In this document: piece after piece, positions 1 through 7,788 of the stretch
Layout of the letters: the number at the start of each line of letters is the position of its first letter
Numbering within the stretch: the stretch's first letter is position 1
Assembly (NCBI GenBank): GCA_002840355.1
Contig: PHAL01000002.1
Coordinates: forward strand, 108,857 to 172,856
Origin: Elusimicrobia bacterium HGW-Elusimicrobia-3
GTDB lineage: Bacteria > Elusimicrobiota > Elusimicrobia > Elusimicrobiales > UBA9959
Reading direction: 5' to 3'
Length of the DNA stretch: 64,000 bases
Position numbers and translations under genes: made by a program
Notes under the pieces: model-generated
Seen by the model: only the letters and a program-made list of their open reading frames with translations
Databases searched by the model: none
Told to the model about the DNA's origin: nothing

Positions 1-1
1 G

Positions 2-859
2 GCGCGCGCGGCGCGCTTCCTGGCCTGCGGCACCACCACCGCCGAGGTCAAGAGCGGCTACGGCCTCAGCCTGGACTCCGAACTGAAGATGCTGCGCGCC
101 GTGCGCGACGCTAAGAAGCTGACGCCGCTGGAACTGCTGCCCACGCTGCTGGCCGCCCACGGGGTGCCGCCCGAGTTCAACGGCGACGCGCAAAAGTATC
201 TGGACTACGTAACCGCCGAGATCCTGCCCAGGGCGGCGGCCGAAGGGCTGGCCGTCTTCGCCGACATTTTCTGCGAGAAAGGCTATTTCACGCCGGAGCA
301 AAGCGCCGCCTACCTGAAAGAGGCCGCGCGGCTGGGCCTGCGCCCCAAGGTGCACTCCGAGCAGCTCTCCAATTACGGCGGCACGCGCGCCGGGGCCTCG
401 GCCGGGGCCGTGAGCGCCGACCACGCGGACCATGTGTTCGCCGAGGACATAGCCGCCATGCGCGACGCCGGCACCATCGCCACCCTGCTGCCGGCCTCCA
501 ATTATTACCTGGGCCTGGCCAAGTTCCCGCCGGCCAGGGAGATTATCGCCGCCGGCGTGCCGGTGGCCCTGGCCACCGACTTCAACCCCGGTACCTGCCC
601 TTGCTGGAACATGCAGTTCGTGCTGAGCGCCGCCTGCACCCACTGCGCCATGACGCCCGAGGAGGCCATTTGCGCGGCCACCGTCAACGGGGCGTGGGCG
701 CTGGGCATCGGCGACCGCTGCGGCTCGATAGCGCCCGGCATGCAGGCCGACCTGGCCTTCTATGCCGCCGACGACTACCGCGAACTGTGCTACTACTTCG
801 GCGACAGCCAGTGTTCGATGACGGTAAAGAAGGGGCGGACGGTATACCGGAAAAAATGA
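2..859 (+). CDS. hutI: imidazolonepropionase, 5' end cut by window edge
   Basis: The frame is open from nt 2 (ARAARFLACGTTTAEVKSGYGLSLDSELKMLRAV...). The GTTT.EVKSGYGL and ATDFNPGT segments are typical of HutI-type amidohydrolases. Stop at 857-859. Confidence 0.85.
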   Translation, partial: ARAARFLACGTTTAEVKSGYGLSLDSELKMLRAVRDAKKLTPLELLPTLLAAHGVPPEFNGDAQKYLDYVTAEILPRAAAEGLAVFADIFCEKGYFTPEQSAAYLKEAARLGLRPKVHSEQLSNYGGTRAGASAGAVSADHADHVFAEDIAAMRDAGTIATLLPASNYYLGLAKFPPAREIIAAGVPVALATDFNPGTCPCWNMQFVLSAACTHCAMTPEEAICAATVNGAWALGIGDRCGSIAPGMQADLAFYAADDYRELCYYFGDSQCSMTVKKGRTVYRKK

Positions 860-1701
860 AAATAATACTCTTCGACATAGACGGCACGCTGGTCAAGGCG
901 GGCGGCGCGGGCGCCAGGGCGCTCAATTTCGCCGTGCACGCCATGACCGGCCACAAGAACGCCTGCGACAAGGTGCAGCTGCAGGGCGCCACCGACAAGG
1001 CCAACTTCGAGAACGCCTACAAGGCGGGGGGCGGCCGCAAGCCGACTAAAGGGGAACTGGAAGAGCTGACGCAGAAATACGTGGACCGCCTGCCGCTGGA
1101 AGTGCTGGCTTCGGTAAAGGCGAAGAAATATCTAAAGGTGAAGGGCGTGGAGAAATTCCTGGCCCGGCTGTCGGGGCGCGAAGGCGTCATGCTGGGCCTG
1201 GGCACCGGCAACCTCAGGGACGGGGCCTTCATAAAGCTCGAGCCTTCCGGCCTGCTCAAACATTTCGCCTTCGGCGGCTACGGCTGCGACTCCCATCACA
1301 GGAGCGAAGTACTGCAGAAGGCCGTGCAGCGCGCGGCCAAACTTGCCAAGGCCTCCATCCGGCCCGGCGACGTGTACGTGATAGGCGACACGCACCGGGA
1401 CGTGGAGGCGGCCAAGGAGGCGGGCTATCACAGCGGCGTGGTGCTGGACGGTTTCGGCGACCCGGAGCTGGTCATGCGCTCCAACCCCGAGCTGATGGCG
1501 AAGGATTTTTCGGCCATCAAGCCCTGGCTGATCTGGTTGGGCCTGGAGAAAGACCCCCGCGGCGTGCGCCGCGGCACCTACATCTGTCCCGATTCGCCCA
1601 TAGAGCACGCCCATTACGGCCGCACCGGCATGGACCTGCGCGACATAGACCTGGGGATAAAGAAATTGCGGGAGATCAAAAGGAAGACGGCGGGCAAATG
1701 A
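856..1701 (+). CDS. HAD-superfamily hydrolase (phosphatase-like)
   Basis: MKIILFDIDGTLVKAGG (DxDGT motif I) and VIGDTHRDVEAAKEAG (motif IV-like). ATG 856 overlaps the hutI stop (ATGA). The longer ORF start at 601 overlaps hutI with an Arg-rich sequence and is rejected. Confidence 0.75.
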   Translation: MKIILFDIDGTLVKAGGAGARALNFAVHAMTGHKNACDKVQLQGATDKANFENAYKAGGGRKPTKGELEELTQKYVDRLPLEVLASVKAKKYLKVKGVEKFLARLSGREGVMLGLGTGNLRDGAFIKLEPSGLLKHFAFGGYGCDSHHRSEVLQKAVQRAAKLAKASIRPGDVYVIGDTHRDVEAAKEAGYHSGVVLDGFGDPELVMRSNPELMAKDFSAIKPWLIWLGLEKDPRGVRRGTYICPDSPIEHAHYGRTGMDLRDIDLGIKKLREIKRKTAGK

Positions 1702-2696
1702 ACATAAAAGACACGCTTACCTACAAAGACATAGCCGAGATCCCCGAGCTGCTGGCCGAATTCTCCAGCCGCGCCGGCTCGATAAAGAAACTGGCCCTGC
1801 GGTCCTCGGACAAGACGGTCTACCTCGTCGGGCGCGGCTCTTCGGGCACGGCCACGCTGTTCGCCAAGTATATCTGGGAGACCTACGCCGGCACTATCAC
1901 CAACTTCATCCACCCGCACTCCATCTTCGAGGCCCGCGAGCCGCTGAACTTCAAGGGGCAGGCCGTGTGGGCCTTCTCGCAGTCAGGGCGCAGCCAGGAC
2001 ATCACCGCCTGCCTGGAGATACTCCTGAAATGGGGGGCCAAAGGAGTGGCCGTTACCAACGAGCCCGACCTGAAGAACAACCCGCTGGCCCGCCTGGCCG
2101 GCCGGCATATCCTGCTCTCCGATTCGAAAGAGATACCGGTGGCCGCCACCAAGAGCTTCGAGCTGCAGCTCTGGGCCGTGTTGTGGGCCGCGCAGGCCTG
2201 GAGCGGCTGCTTCGGCGACAGGGACTTCAAGGACACGGTAGGCGCCGCCGCGGCCGCCGTGCGTGAGAATTACGGCGGGGACAAGCTGATAGCCGCCGTG
2301 CGCAAGGCGCGCATGCTGGGCTTCGTGGGCCGCGGGGCCTACAACGCCGTGGCGGAGGATTCCGCCCTGAAATTCCGCGAGATGGCCAAGGCCCACGCCC
2401 TGGGCTACTCCGCCGCCGAGTTCCTGCACGGGCCGGTGGGCGCCTATACCTCCAAGGACCTGGTCTTCCTCCTCTCGCCGTCCGCCCGGACCCCCGAGGA
2501 CATCGTCAAGGTGCAGCGCGCCCTTAAAGAGCGCGGCACGCCCTTCCACGTGGTCAAGCCCGGCCCGCTGAAATTCCCTTTCAGCTGCATCCCGACCGAC
2601 ATCCGCATGAAGAAGCTGGCCTTGCGCCTGGCGCTGGCCAAGGGACTGAACCCCGACAACCCCAAGGGCCTCAACAAGGTCACGCAGACCTTCTAG
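1698..2696 (+). CDS. SIS-domain sugar-phosphate isomerase/GlmS-isomerase-like protein
   Basis: 332 aa. VYLVGRGSSGTATLFAKYIWE and FSQSGRSQD are SIS-domain hallmarks. The start overlaps the upstream stop (ATGA). Confidence 0.7.
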   Translation: MNIKDTLTYKDIAEIPELLAEFSSRAGSIKKLALRSSDKTVYLVGRGSSGTATLFAKYIWETYAGTITNFIHPHSIFEAREPLNFKGQAVWAFSQSGRSQDITACLEILLKWGAKGVAVTNEPDLKNNPLARLAGRHILLSDSKEIPVAATKSFELQLWAVLWAAQAWSGCFGDRDFKDTVGAAAAAVRENYGGDKLIAAVRKARMLGFVGRGAYNAVAEDSALKFREMAKAHALGYSAAEFLHGPVGAYTSKDLVFLLSPSARTPEDIVKVQRALKERGTPFHVVKPGPLKFPFSCIPTDIRMKKLALRLALAKGLNPDNPKGLNKVTQTF

Positions 2697-2717
2697 GAGG
2701 GCCGTCAGGTCTCCTGC

Positions 2718-2921
2718 TCAGTCGGGTGTGGCGTTGTTAGCCTGTATGTGAATGAGCGATCGGGCCGATTCCGGGTCGGATATGTCCTTTGTGCGCTCTT
2801 CCCAGTTGCGCAGGGTCTGTCTGGTTATTCCCATCTTGCGGCAGACCGCGTCCGCTGAGACGCCCAGACCGCGCTGCCGCATAGCGTACAGTATCCTCTC
2901 TCTCAGCCTTTCGGTGATCAT
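2718..2921 (-). CDS. small helix-turn-helix protein
   Basis: 67 aa. VSADAVCRKMGITRQTLRNWE looks like an HTH. It is the last gene of the minus-strand receiver run. Confidence 0.5.
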   Translation of the reverse strand: MITERLRERILYAMRQRGLGVSADAVCRKMGITRQTLRNWEERTKDISDPESARSLIHIQANNATPD

Positions 2922-2934
2922 AGCCGTTCCCGCG

Positions 2935-3321
2935 TCAGGGCTTTTGCCTGGTTATCACCGTTTCCACTTTCTCGCGTATCGTTTCCACCGGCGAGAGCTT
3001 GGTCATGAATATCTTTACGTTGTGCTCGTTTCGCAGCAGGCTCTCGGTCATGGAATTGTAGTCGCTGGCGGTGATCACGACGATAGGTATGCCGGCCGTG
3101 GCGGGGTTGGCCGACAGTTTGCGGGCGAACTCTATGCCTGTGATCCCGGGCATGTTCACGTCCAGCATTACCAGGTCCGGGACAAAAGTAATGGCTTTCC
3201 CTAGCCCCTCGAAGCCGTTGGTCGCCGTTTCCAGTTCGTAATCAGCGCCGAACATCCCTTTTGTCAGTTCAATGAACGGGAGGTTGTCATCCACTACCAG
3301 TATCTTTTTCTTTTCAGCCAT
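2935..3321 (-). CDS. single-domain response regulator (receiver)
   Basis: MAEKKKILVVDDN..., LVMLDVNMPGITG, VVITAS and FMTKL give the canonical DD/D/T/K residues. A GGAG sits upstream of the ATG at 3321. The track start at 3390 is rejected as an extension. Confidence 0.85.
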   Translation of the reverse strand: MAEKKKILVVDDNLPFIELTKGMFGADYELETATNGFEGLGKAITFVPDLVMLDVNMPGITGIEFARKLSANPATAGIPIVVITASDYNSMTESLLRNEHNVKIFMTKLSPVETIREKVETVITRQKP

Positions 3322-3340
3322 AGCGGCTCCTTGGGAGGGG

Positions 3341-3664
3341 TTAGAAGAACGAACGGGCCAGCGCAAGCGCTGCGGCGGCGCTAGCCGCATACGTCAGGGT
3401 CTTGGTTCTTGAAAGGCGGGTTCCCAGCGCTCGCAATTCCAGTTTCAGGGCTTCGGTCTGCCGCTTTTCTTCCAGCAGTTCCAGGATGCGCCGTTCATAC
3501 ATCGAGACCTTCTCTTCGACCTGGCTTTCTATGCGTTCAAGTCTGCCGACGCAATAATCCAGATCTTCGTTGACCAGTTCCCTGGCAAGTCTGTTGGACT
3601 CGCGGCGCAGCGTGGTTCCGGCGGGTAGGGCGGCTGTGGACGTGCCAGTCGGCAGCTCGCTCAT
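3341..3664 (-). CDS. coiled-coil hypothetical protein with hydrophobic C-terminus
   Basis: 107 aa with heptad-like ...RLERIESQVEEKVSMYERRILELLEEKRQTEALKLELRAL... and an Ala-rich hydrophobic tail. The start overlaps the stop of the upstream receiver gene (ATGA at 3661-3664). Confidence 0.6.
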   Translation of the reverse strand: MSELPTGTSTAALPAGTTLRRESNRLARELVNEDLDYCVGRLERIESQVEEKVSMYERRILELLEEKRQTEALKLELRALGTRLSRTKTLTYAASAAAALALARSFF

Positions 3665-4041
3665 GCCTGCAGCGCTTCCTTTACCATCTTCGTGATCAGG
3701 TCCGGATTGGAGAGTTTGGGAAGCATGCCCCGGCAGCGCGGGTCGGAGTGGAATGGCTGGTTAAGCGGGTCGCTGGCGCAGTCGTCGGGAGTAGTAATTA
3801 TGAACGGAATGCCGGGCCCCGGCAAGCCGCAGGAGTCCGTCCTCCTGGCGAATTCGTAAGCCGTCATGCCGGGAATGCCCGAGGCCAGTATCATGAAATC
3901 TGGCAGGAAGCGCTCCGCCTTGCTTAATCCCTCTTCTCCGCTGCCGGCGACCGCCACTTCATATCCCAGTTCGGAGAAGATGTAATGGTAAAGCTCCCTT
4001 ATCGCCCCTTCGTGCTCTACTATCAGTATTTTAGGCGTCAT
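3661..4041 (-). CDS. pseudo-receiver domain protein (phospho-acceptor Asp apparently replaced)
   Basis: Receiver-like fold (KILIVEHEG..., PDFMILASGIPGMTAYEF). It has EHE in place of the acidic DD pair. ILASG sits where LLDxxMP is expected. Confidence 0.7.
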   Translation of the reverse strand: MTPKILIVEHEGAIRELYHYIFSELGYEVAVAGSGEEGLSKAERFLPDFMILASGIPGMTAYEFARRTDSCGLPGPGIPFIITTPDDCASDPLNQPFHSDPRCRGMLPKLSNPDLITKMVKEALQA

Positions 4042-4042
4042 C

Positions 4043-4423
4043 TCACCTTCCTCGGCCTGATATCCGTCTCCCCAGCACCCGTACCCGGGCCAAAAAAACC
4101 TCGTTGTCGAACGGCTTGGTCAGGTAGTCGTCGGCCCCCGTTTCGTAGCCCGCCACCTGGTCTTCAGCCAATTCCCTTATAGTGAGCATCAGCACCGGCA
4201 TACCGCTGAAGCGCTCGCTGGAACGTATATTCTTCAGCAGGCCGAAACCGTCCATCTCCGGCATATTGATGTCGGTGACCACCAGGTCGGCTCCCTCACG
4301 GTTAAGCCTTTCCCAGGCCAGGCGGCCGTTGACCTCCGCTACGGGGGCGTGTCCGGCCCCGTCCAGCACTTCGGTGATGAGGGCCCTGAAATTGTCGTCG
4401 TCTTCAGCGATCAATATCCGCAT
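4043..4423 (-). CDS. single-domain response regulator (receiver)
   Basis: MRILIAEDDDNFR, DLVVTDINMPEMDG, LMLT and DDYLTKPF are canonical receiver motifs. Confidence 0.9.
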   Translation of the reverse strand: MRILIAEDDDNFRALITEVLDGAGHAPVAEVNGRLAWERLNREGADLVVTDINMPEMDGFGLLKNIRSSERFSGMPVLMLTIRELAEDQVAGYETGADDYLTKPFDNEVFLARVRVLGRRISGRGR

Positions 4424-4860
4424 ATAGTCCCCTCGATGTCCGGCCAGGGCCGGCTATCAGCGCCCGACTTTGTCCCGGCATCCTGCAGCAGGTCTATGAC
4501 CTTGAGCAGGTCGGTCATACCTGCAGGTTTTTCCTCAAGGCGCATGAAATTCTCCCTCGCTCCGAGGTCCTTGCGCTGACTTTCGTTTAGCGAAGCCCCG
4601 GTAACTATTATTACAGGTATGCGGCTTGTGGCCGGCTCCGCTGAAAGCTTGTCCATCACTTCCATCCCGCTCATATCCGGAAGCATCATATCCAGTAGTA
4701 TAAGATCGGGGTTAAGTCTGGCGGCCTTTTCCAACCCCTCGGTCCCGGTGCCTGCGATTTCCACGGCGTGGCCGCCGACCGTGGTCATGAAGCGGGACAT
4801 GGCTTTCTGGCAGCCCGGGTCATCTTCTATGGAAAGTATCTTAAGTCTTTTGGCCTTCAT
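4411..4860 (-). CDS. single-domain response regulator (receiver) with C-terminal extension
   Basis: LKILSIEDDPG, DLILLDMMLPDMSG and VIIVTG. It overlaps the downstream gene by 13 nt. Confidence 0.85.
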   Translation of the reverse strand: MKAKRLKILSIEDDPGCQKAMSRFMTTVGGHAVEIAGTGTEGLEKAARLNPDLILLDMMLPDMSGMEVMDKLSAEPATSRIPVIIVTGASLNESQRKDLGARENFMRLEEKPAGMTDLLKVIDLLQDAGTKSGADSRPWPDIEGTICGY

Positions 4861-4861
4861 G

Positions 4862-5578
4862 CTATTCTTTGCCGGTAAACATGTAGCCGGTGCCGTATAC
4901 TGTGCGTATCCTCTTGCCGTACAGGCCCAGTTTCCGCCGGAGGGACTCTATGTGTTTATCCACGCATTCGCAGTAGACGTTCACCGAATCCTCTCCCCAT
5001 AGTTTTTCCAGCATGGCCTCTCTGGAGACCACCTGTTTCTCGTGGCCTACCAGGAAAGCCAGTATGTCCAGTTCCCTCTGTGTCAGGGTGGACAACTCCG
5101 TAACCTTGCCCGGCCTGGATTTAATCTTTACCGCCCTGCGGCTGCTGTCCACTTCTATCTCGCCGCAACTGGAGGCGCATCTCGCTGAAGCCTGAAGTAT
5201 TGCCGGCATAATCCTCCTGAGGTGGGCTTTGACCTTGGCCACCAGTACTCGCTCGTCAAGATTCTTGTAGATAAAATCGTCCGCCCCGGCTTCCAGCAGG
5301 GCCGAGATCTGGGAGTTGGAGACCTTTGACTGGTCCCCGAAAACAATGACGGACAGCGGCATGCGCTTGCTCATCATGGTCTTTAACTCCTCGCCGCTCC
5401 TGCAGCAGGGCGCGCCGAATTCTACAAAGTCCAGTTCGCAGGCCTCGACCCGGGCGCAGGCATAAGCCGCGGAAGGGGCGTATAGCTCCACTTGCCAGCC
5501 TTCCTTGCGGAAAGCGGCCTGCCAGCGCGCGGCAATGCCGGTGTCCGCTGTGATTATATGGAAAAACAAATTCCGCAT
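4862..5578 (-). CDS. atypical OmpR/PhoB-family regulator (degenerate receiver + winged helix)
   Basis: The C-terminus (LTQRELDILAFLVGHEKQVVSREAMLEKLWGED...VDKHIESLRRKL...IRTVYGTGYMF) is a Trans_reg_C-type winged helix. The N-terminal receiver has ELDFVEFGAP where DLVLLDxxMP is expected. Confidence 0.8.
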   Translation of the reverse strand: MRNLFFHIITADTGIAARWQAAFRKEGWQVELYAPSAAYACARVEACELDFVEFGAPCCRSGEELKTMMSKRMPLSVIVFGDQSKVSNSQISALLEAGADDFIYKNLDERVLVAKVKAHLRRIMPAILQASARCASSCGEIEVDSSRRAVKIKSRPGKVTELSTLTQRELDILAFLVGHEKQVVSREAMLEKLWGEDSVNVYCECVDKHIESLRRKLGLYGKRIRTVYGTGYMFTGKE

Positions 5579-5807
5579 TATTTAATATCAAAACCCCGAT
5601 ACCGAGTTAATATTGTATTGCAAGCGCCTATGGCGGTCCACTAAAGTTATTTTTAAGTCTCTGCCGCTGCATCCACGCCGTTAAATGCGATATAGCCGGA
5701 ATAATGTTATCTGAAATGTCCCCGGAAGCGCATGAGGCGAAAGACTTACGCCCCGGACGGTCACCACCGTCAGGAAATTAGTGACCCTTCGGGTCCTATG
5801 CCGCCCG

Positions 5808-5841
5808 CCTTCGGGATTTGGAAATACTTTTCGGGTATAAT
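5808..5841 (+). promoter_or_regulatory. putative promoter/operator, motif copy A (CCTTCGGGATTT-N16-TATAAT)
   Basis: Core CTTCGGGATT at 5809-5818 and TATAAT at 5836-5841, with 16 nt between the 11-mer and the -10. A second CCTTCGGG lies 22 nt upstream (5786-5793). The site is 34 nt upstream of the ATG at 5875. Confidence 0.55.
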
Positions 5842-5874
5842 GATGTGGATTCTTACCGTACAGGGGAACTTTTT

Positions 5875-6564
5875 ATGAGTAACAGTATTCTTGTCGTGGA
5901 AGACCACGCAGAAACCCGGGAGATGCTTAAGGCCGCGCTGGAGGATGCCGGGTTCAGGGTGGCTTGCGCCGGCGGCGTGGCCGCGGCGCAGGAGTATCTG
6001 GCCGGTAATCGCCCCCGTATGCTGATACTGGATATAAGGCTGCCTGACGGCAACGGCCTGGAGATCTGTGCTCACGCGCGGCAAAGCGACGCCATGTCGG
6101 ATATCCCGGTAATAGCCCTGACCGGCCAGGACGAACTTCCGGACAAGAAGAAAGGTTTTGATGCAGGCGTGGACCAGTACCTGACCAAGCCCATAGTTAT
6201 GGAGGAGTTATTGATGTGGGTGGACGCGCTGCTGCGGCGGGTTTCCCTGGACAAATGCGGCGGTACGCTGTTGAAAGCCGGCCGCCTTGAAATGGATGTC
6301 CGGGCCCAACTGGTGAAATTCAGGGATAAGACGGTGGAAGACCTGACCAGAAGGGAGTTCGAACTCCTCTACGCGTTGGTCAAGAACAGTCCGGAGATAC
6401 TCTCGAGGCAAGAAATATTGGCGCATGTCTGGCGCACCGTAGCGGTGGAGAACCTGGTGGATACCCACATGTTCAACCTGCGCAAGAAGCTGCCCCCCGA
6501 ACTGTCCGAACGGATACAATCCATCACCGGCAAAGGGTTCCGCTACTATGATTCGGGGCTATAA
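5875..6564 (+). CDS. OmpR/PhoB-family response regulator
   Basis: MSNSILVVEDH..., MLILDIRLPDGNG, VIALTG, YLTKP, then a winged helix (LTRREFELLYALVKNSPEILSRQEILAHVWR...THMFNLRKKL...GKGFRY). Confidence 0.9.
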   Translation: MSNSILVVEDHAETREMLKAALEDAGFRVACAGGVAAAQEYLAGNRPRMLILDIRLPDGNGLEICAHARQSDAMSDIPVIALTGQDELPDKKKGFDAGVDQYLTKPIVMEELLMWVDALLRRVSLDKCGGTLLKAGRLEMDVRAQLVKFRDKTVEDLTRREFELLYALVKNSPEILSRQEILAHVWRTVAVENLVDTHMFNLRKKLPPELSERIQSITGKGFRYYDSGL

Positions 6565-6584
6565 CTGATCCTAAATTCTCCGGT

Positions 6585-6627
6585 TTCGTCTTTTCTTCGG
6601 GATTCGGCGGCATGTTCTCCCTATAAT
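6585..6627 (+). promoter_or_regulatory. putative promoter/operator, motif copy B (TTCGTCTTTTCTTCGGGATTCGG-N14-TATAAT)
   Basis: The 23-mer at 6585-6607 matches copies C and D at 20-21 of 23 positions. TATAAT at 6622-6627 lies 16 nt after GGGATTC. It is 40 nt upstream of the start at 6667. Confidence 0.6.
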
Positions 6628-6666
6628 ATTGAAAGCGGGACTGTCGCGGGACACGCCTGCTCAAAT

Positions 6667-7773
6667 ATGGGCGAGATAATGATCTTAGACTGGTATCAGG
6701 CGGCGGCGCGGCGTTACGGCCGGGCGCTGTTGCCGCTTTGTCTGATCTGCTGGGCGCCGCTGAACTCGGCCGCGCTCATCTCCGCGTCCGGGGAATACTC
6801 ACTGGAGGCTTCGGTGCTCGACAGTGGCGGCGGGAGGAGGCTGGAGGGGGGGCAGTACGCCAGCCGGGCCTCGGCCGGGCAGAACGTTCTGCCGGCGGGG
6901 TATGGGAACTCCGTTTCCGGGGAATATACCAACAGGAGCGGTTTTTACAACCCTCCGCATTTCACCTTTCAAAAAGGACTGCCTGCCATTGTCGACTTTA
7001 ATTCCGGCAATGCCGCCCTCACGCTACCGGCGGGCGCGGTGAATAAGGAAGTCTTCGACATTACATTTAACCATAACCCGGCGGCACAGCCTTTGTGCGT
7101 TGAGCCGGGACTGATAAATTCCGCCAATCTAAAGATGGAGACCAACGAGGGGGCCTGGTCCCGCCTTTTTCCTAATCACATAACCGAGATGACCATCTTC
7201 GACGAACAGGATTTCTGGGAAAAACCTCTGATCAAGAGCGGTTTGTTGTCCATGCGCTACAGCGACGACAACGGCGACGGGGTGCTGGACGGTTCCAATC
7301 CCCCTGTAAGGGTGGAGACGATAAAAACCTGGGCCCTGGACGAGGAACTGGCCATGTGGGCCAAACTCCCCGGGGCTTCGGTGGACACCGTCGCCAGGGA
7401 GATAAGCGCCCCGTTCATGGTCCCTGGTGTATATTCGCTGCTGGGTATGGTGGATGAGTCGGTAAAGAACACCTACGCCTTCCCGGTGCCTTTCCGCCCC
7501 AACGGCCCCAACGCGGGTCTGGGAGCTGGCCAGACTGGCAGTGAGGCTGAAGGTATAACCTTTATAAATGTGCCGCAGGTCGGGGATATAGAGATCTATA
7601 CCCTGGACGGCAGGCTGGTGAGGAAACTCAATATCCCGGCCGGTCTTATGCTCCCTAAAATTAAATGGGACGCGCGCACAGCCGGAGGCGAGAGGGCGGC
7701 CAGCGGTACTTATATCTGGCGGGTTGTTTCGGGTTCCAACTCTAAGAGCGGAAAACTAATGGTGATTTGGTAA
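6667..7773 (+). CDS. secreted protein with C-terminal T9SS-type/FlgD-Ig-like beta-sandwich domain
   Basis: N-terminal hydrophobic signal (ALLPLCLICWAPLNSAAL). The C-terminus (GDIEIYTLDGRLVRKLNIPAG...KWDARTAGGERAASGTYIWRVVSGSNSKSGKLMVIW) resembles Por-secretion C-terminal sorting and FlgD Ig-like domains. Confidence 0.65.
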   Translation: MGEIMILDWYQAAARRYGRALLPLCLICWAPLNSAALISASGEYSLEASVLDSGGGRRLEGGQYASRASAGQNVLPAGYGNSVSGEYTNRSGFYNPPHFTFQKGLPAIVDFNSGNAALTLPAGAVNKEVFDITFNHNPAAQPLCVEPGLINSANLKMETNEGAWSRLFPNHITEMTIFDEQDFWEKPLIKSGLLSMRYSDDNGDGVLDGSNPPVRVETIKTWALDEELAMWAKLPGASVDTVAREISAPFMVPGVYSLLGMVDESVKNTYAFPVPFRPNGPNAGLGAGQTGSEAEGITFINVPQVGDIEIYTLDGRLVRKLNIPAGLMLPKIKWDARTAGGERAASGTYIWRVVSGSNSKSGKLMVIW

Positions 7774-7788
7774 AGGTAAGGAGGGTGT

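Noticed and set aside
601-855. 5' extension of the HAD hydrolase ORF (track start 601)
   Set aside because: It overlaps hutI in another frame with Arg/His-rich sequence. The ATG at 856 gives the canonical MKIILFDIDGT N-terminus and an ATGA overlap with the hutI stop.
5579-5807. Possible small RNA or tRNA in the 290-nt divergent intergenic region (hairpins GACGGT-CACC-ACCGTC at ~5755-5770 and GACCCTTCGGGTC at ~5784-5796)
   Set aside because: I could not fold a cloverleaf or recognise a known RNA family by eye. The second hairpin overlaps the CCTTCGGG half-site, which is better explained as operator sequence. It is left unannotated.
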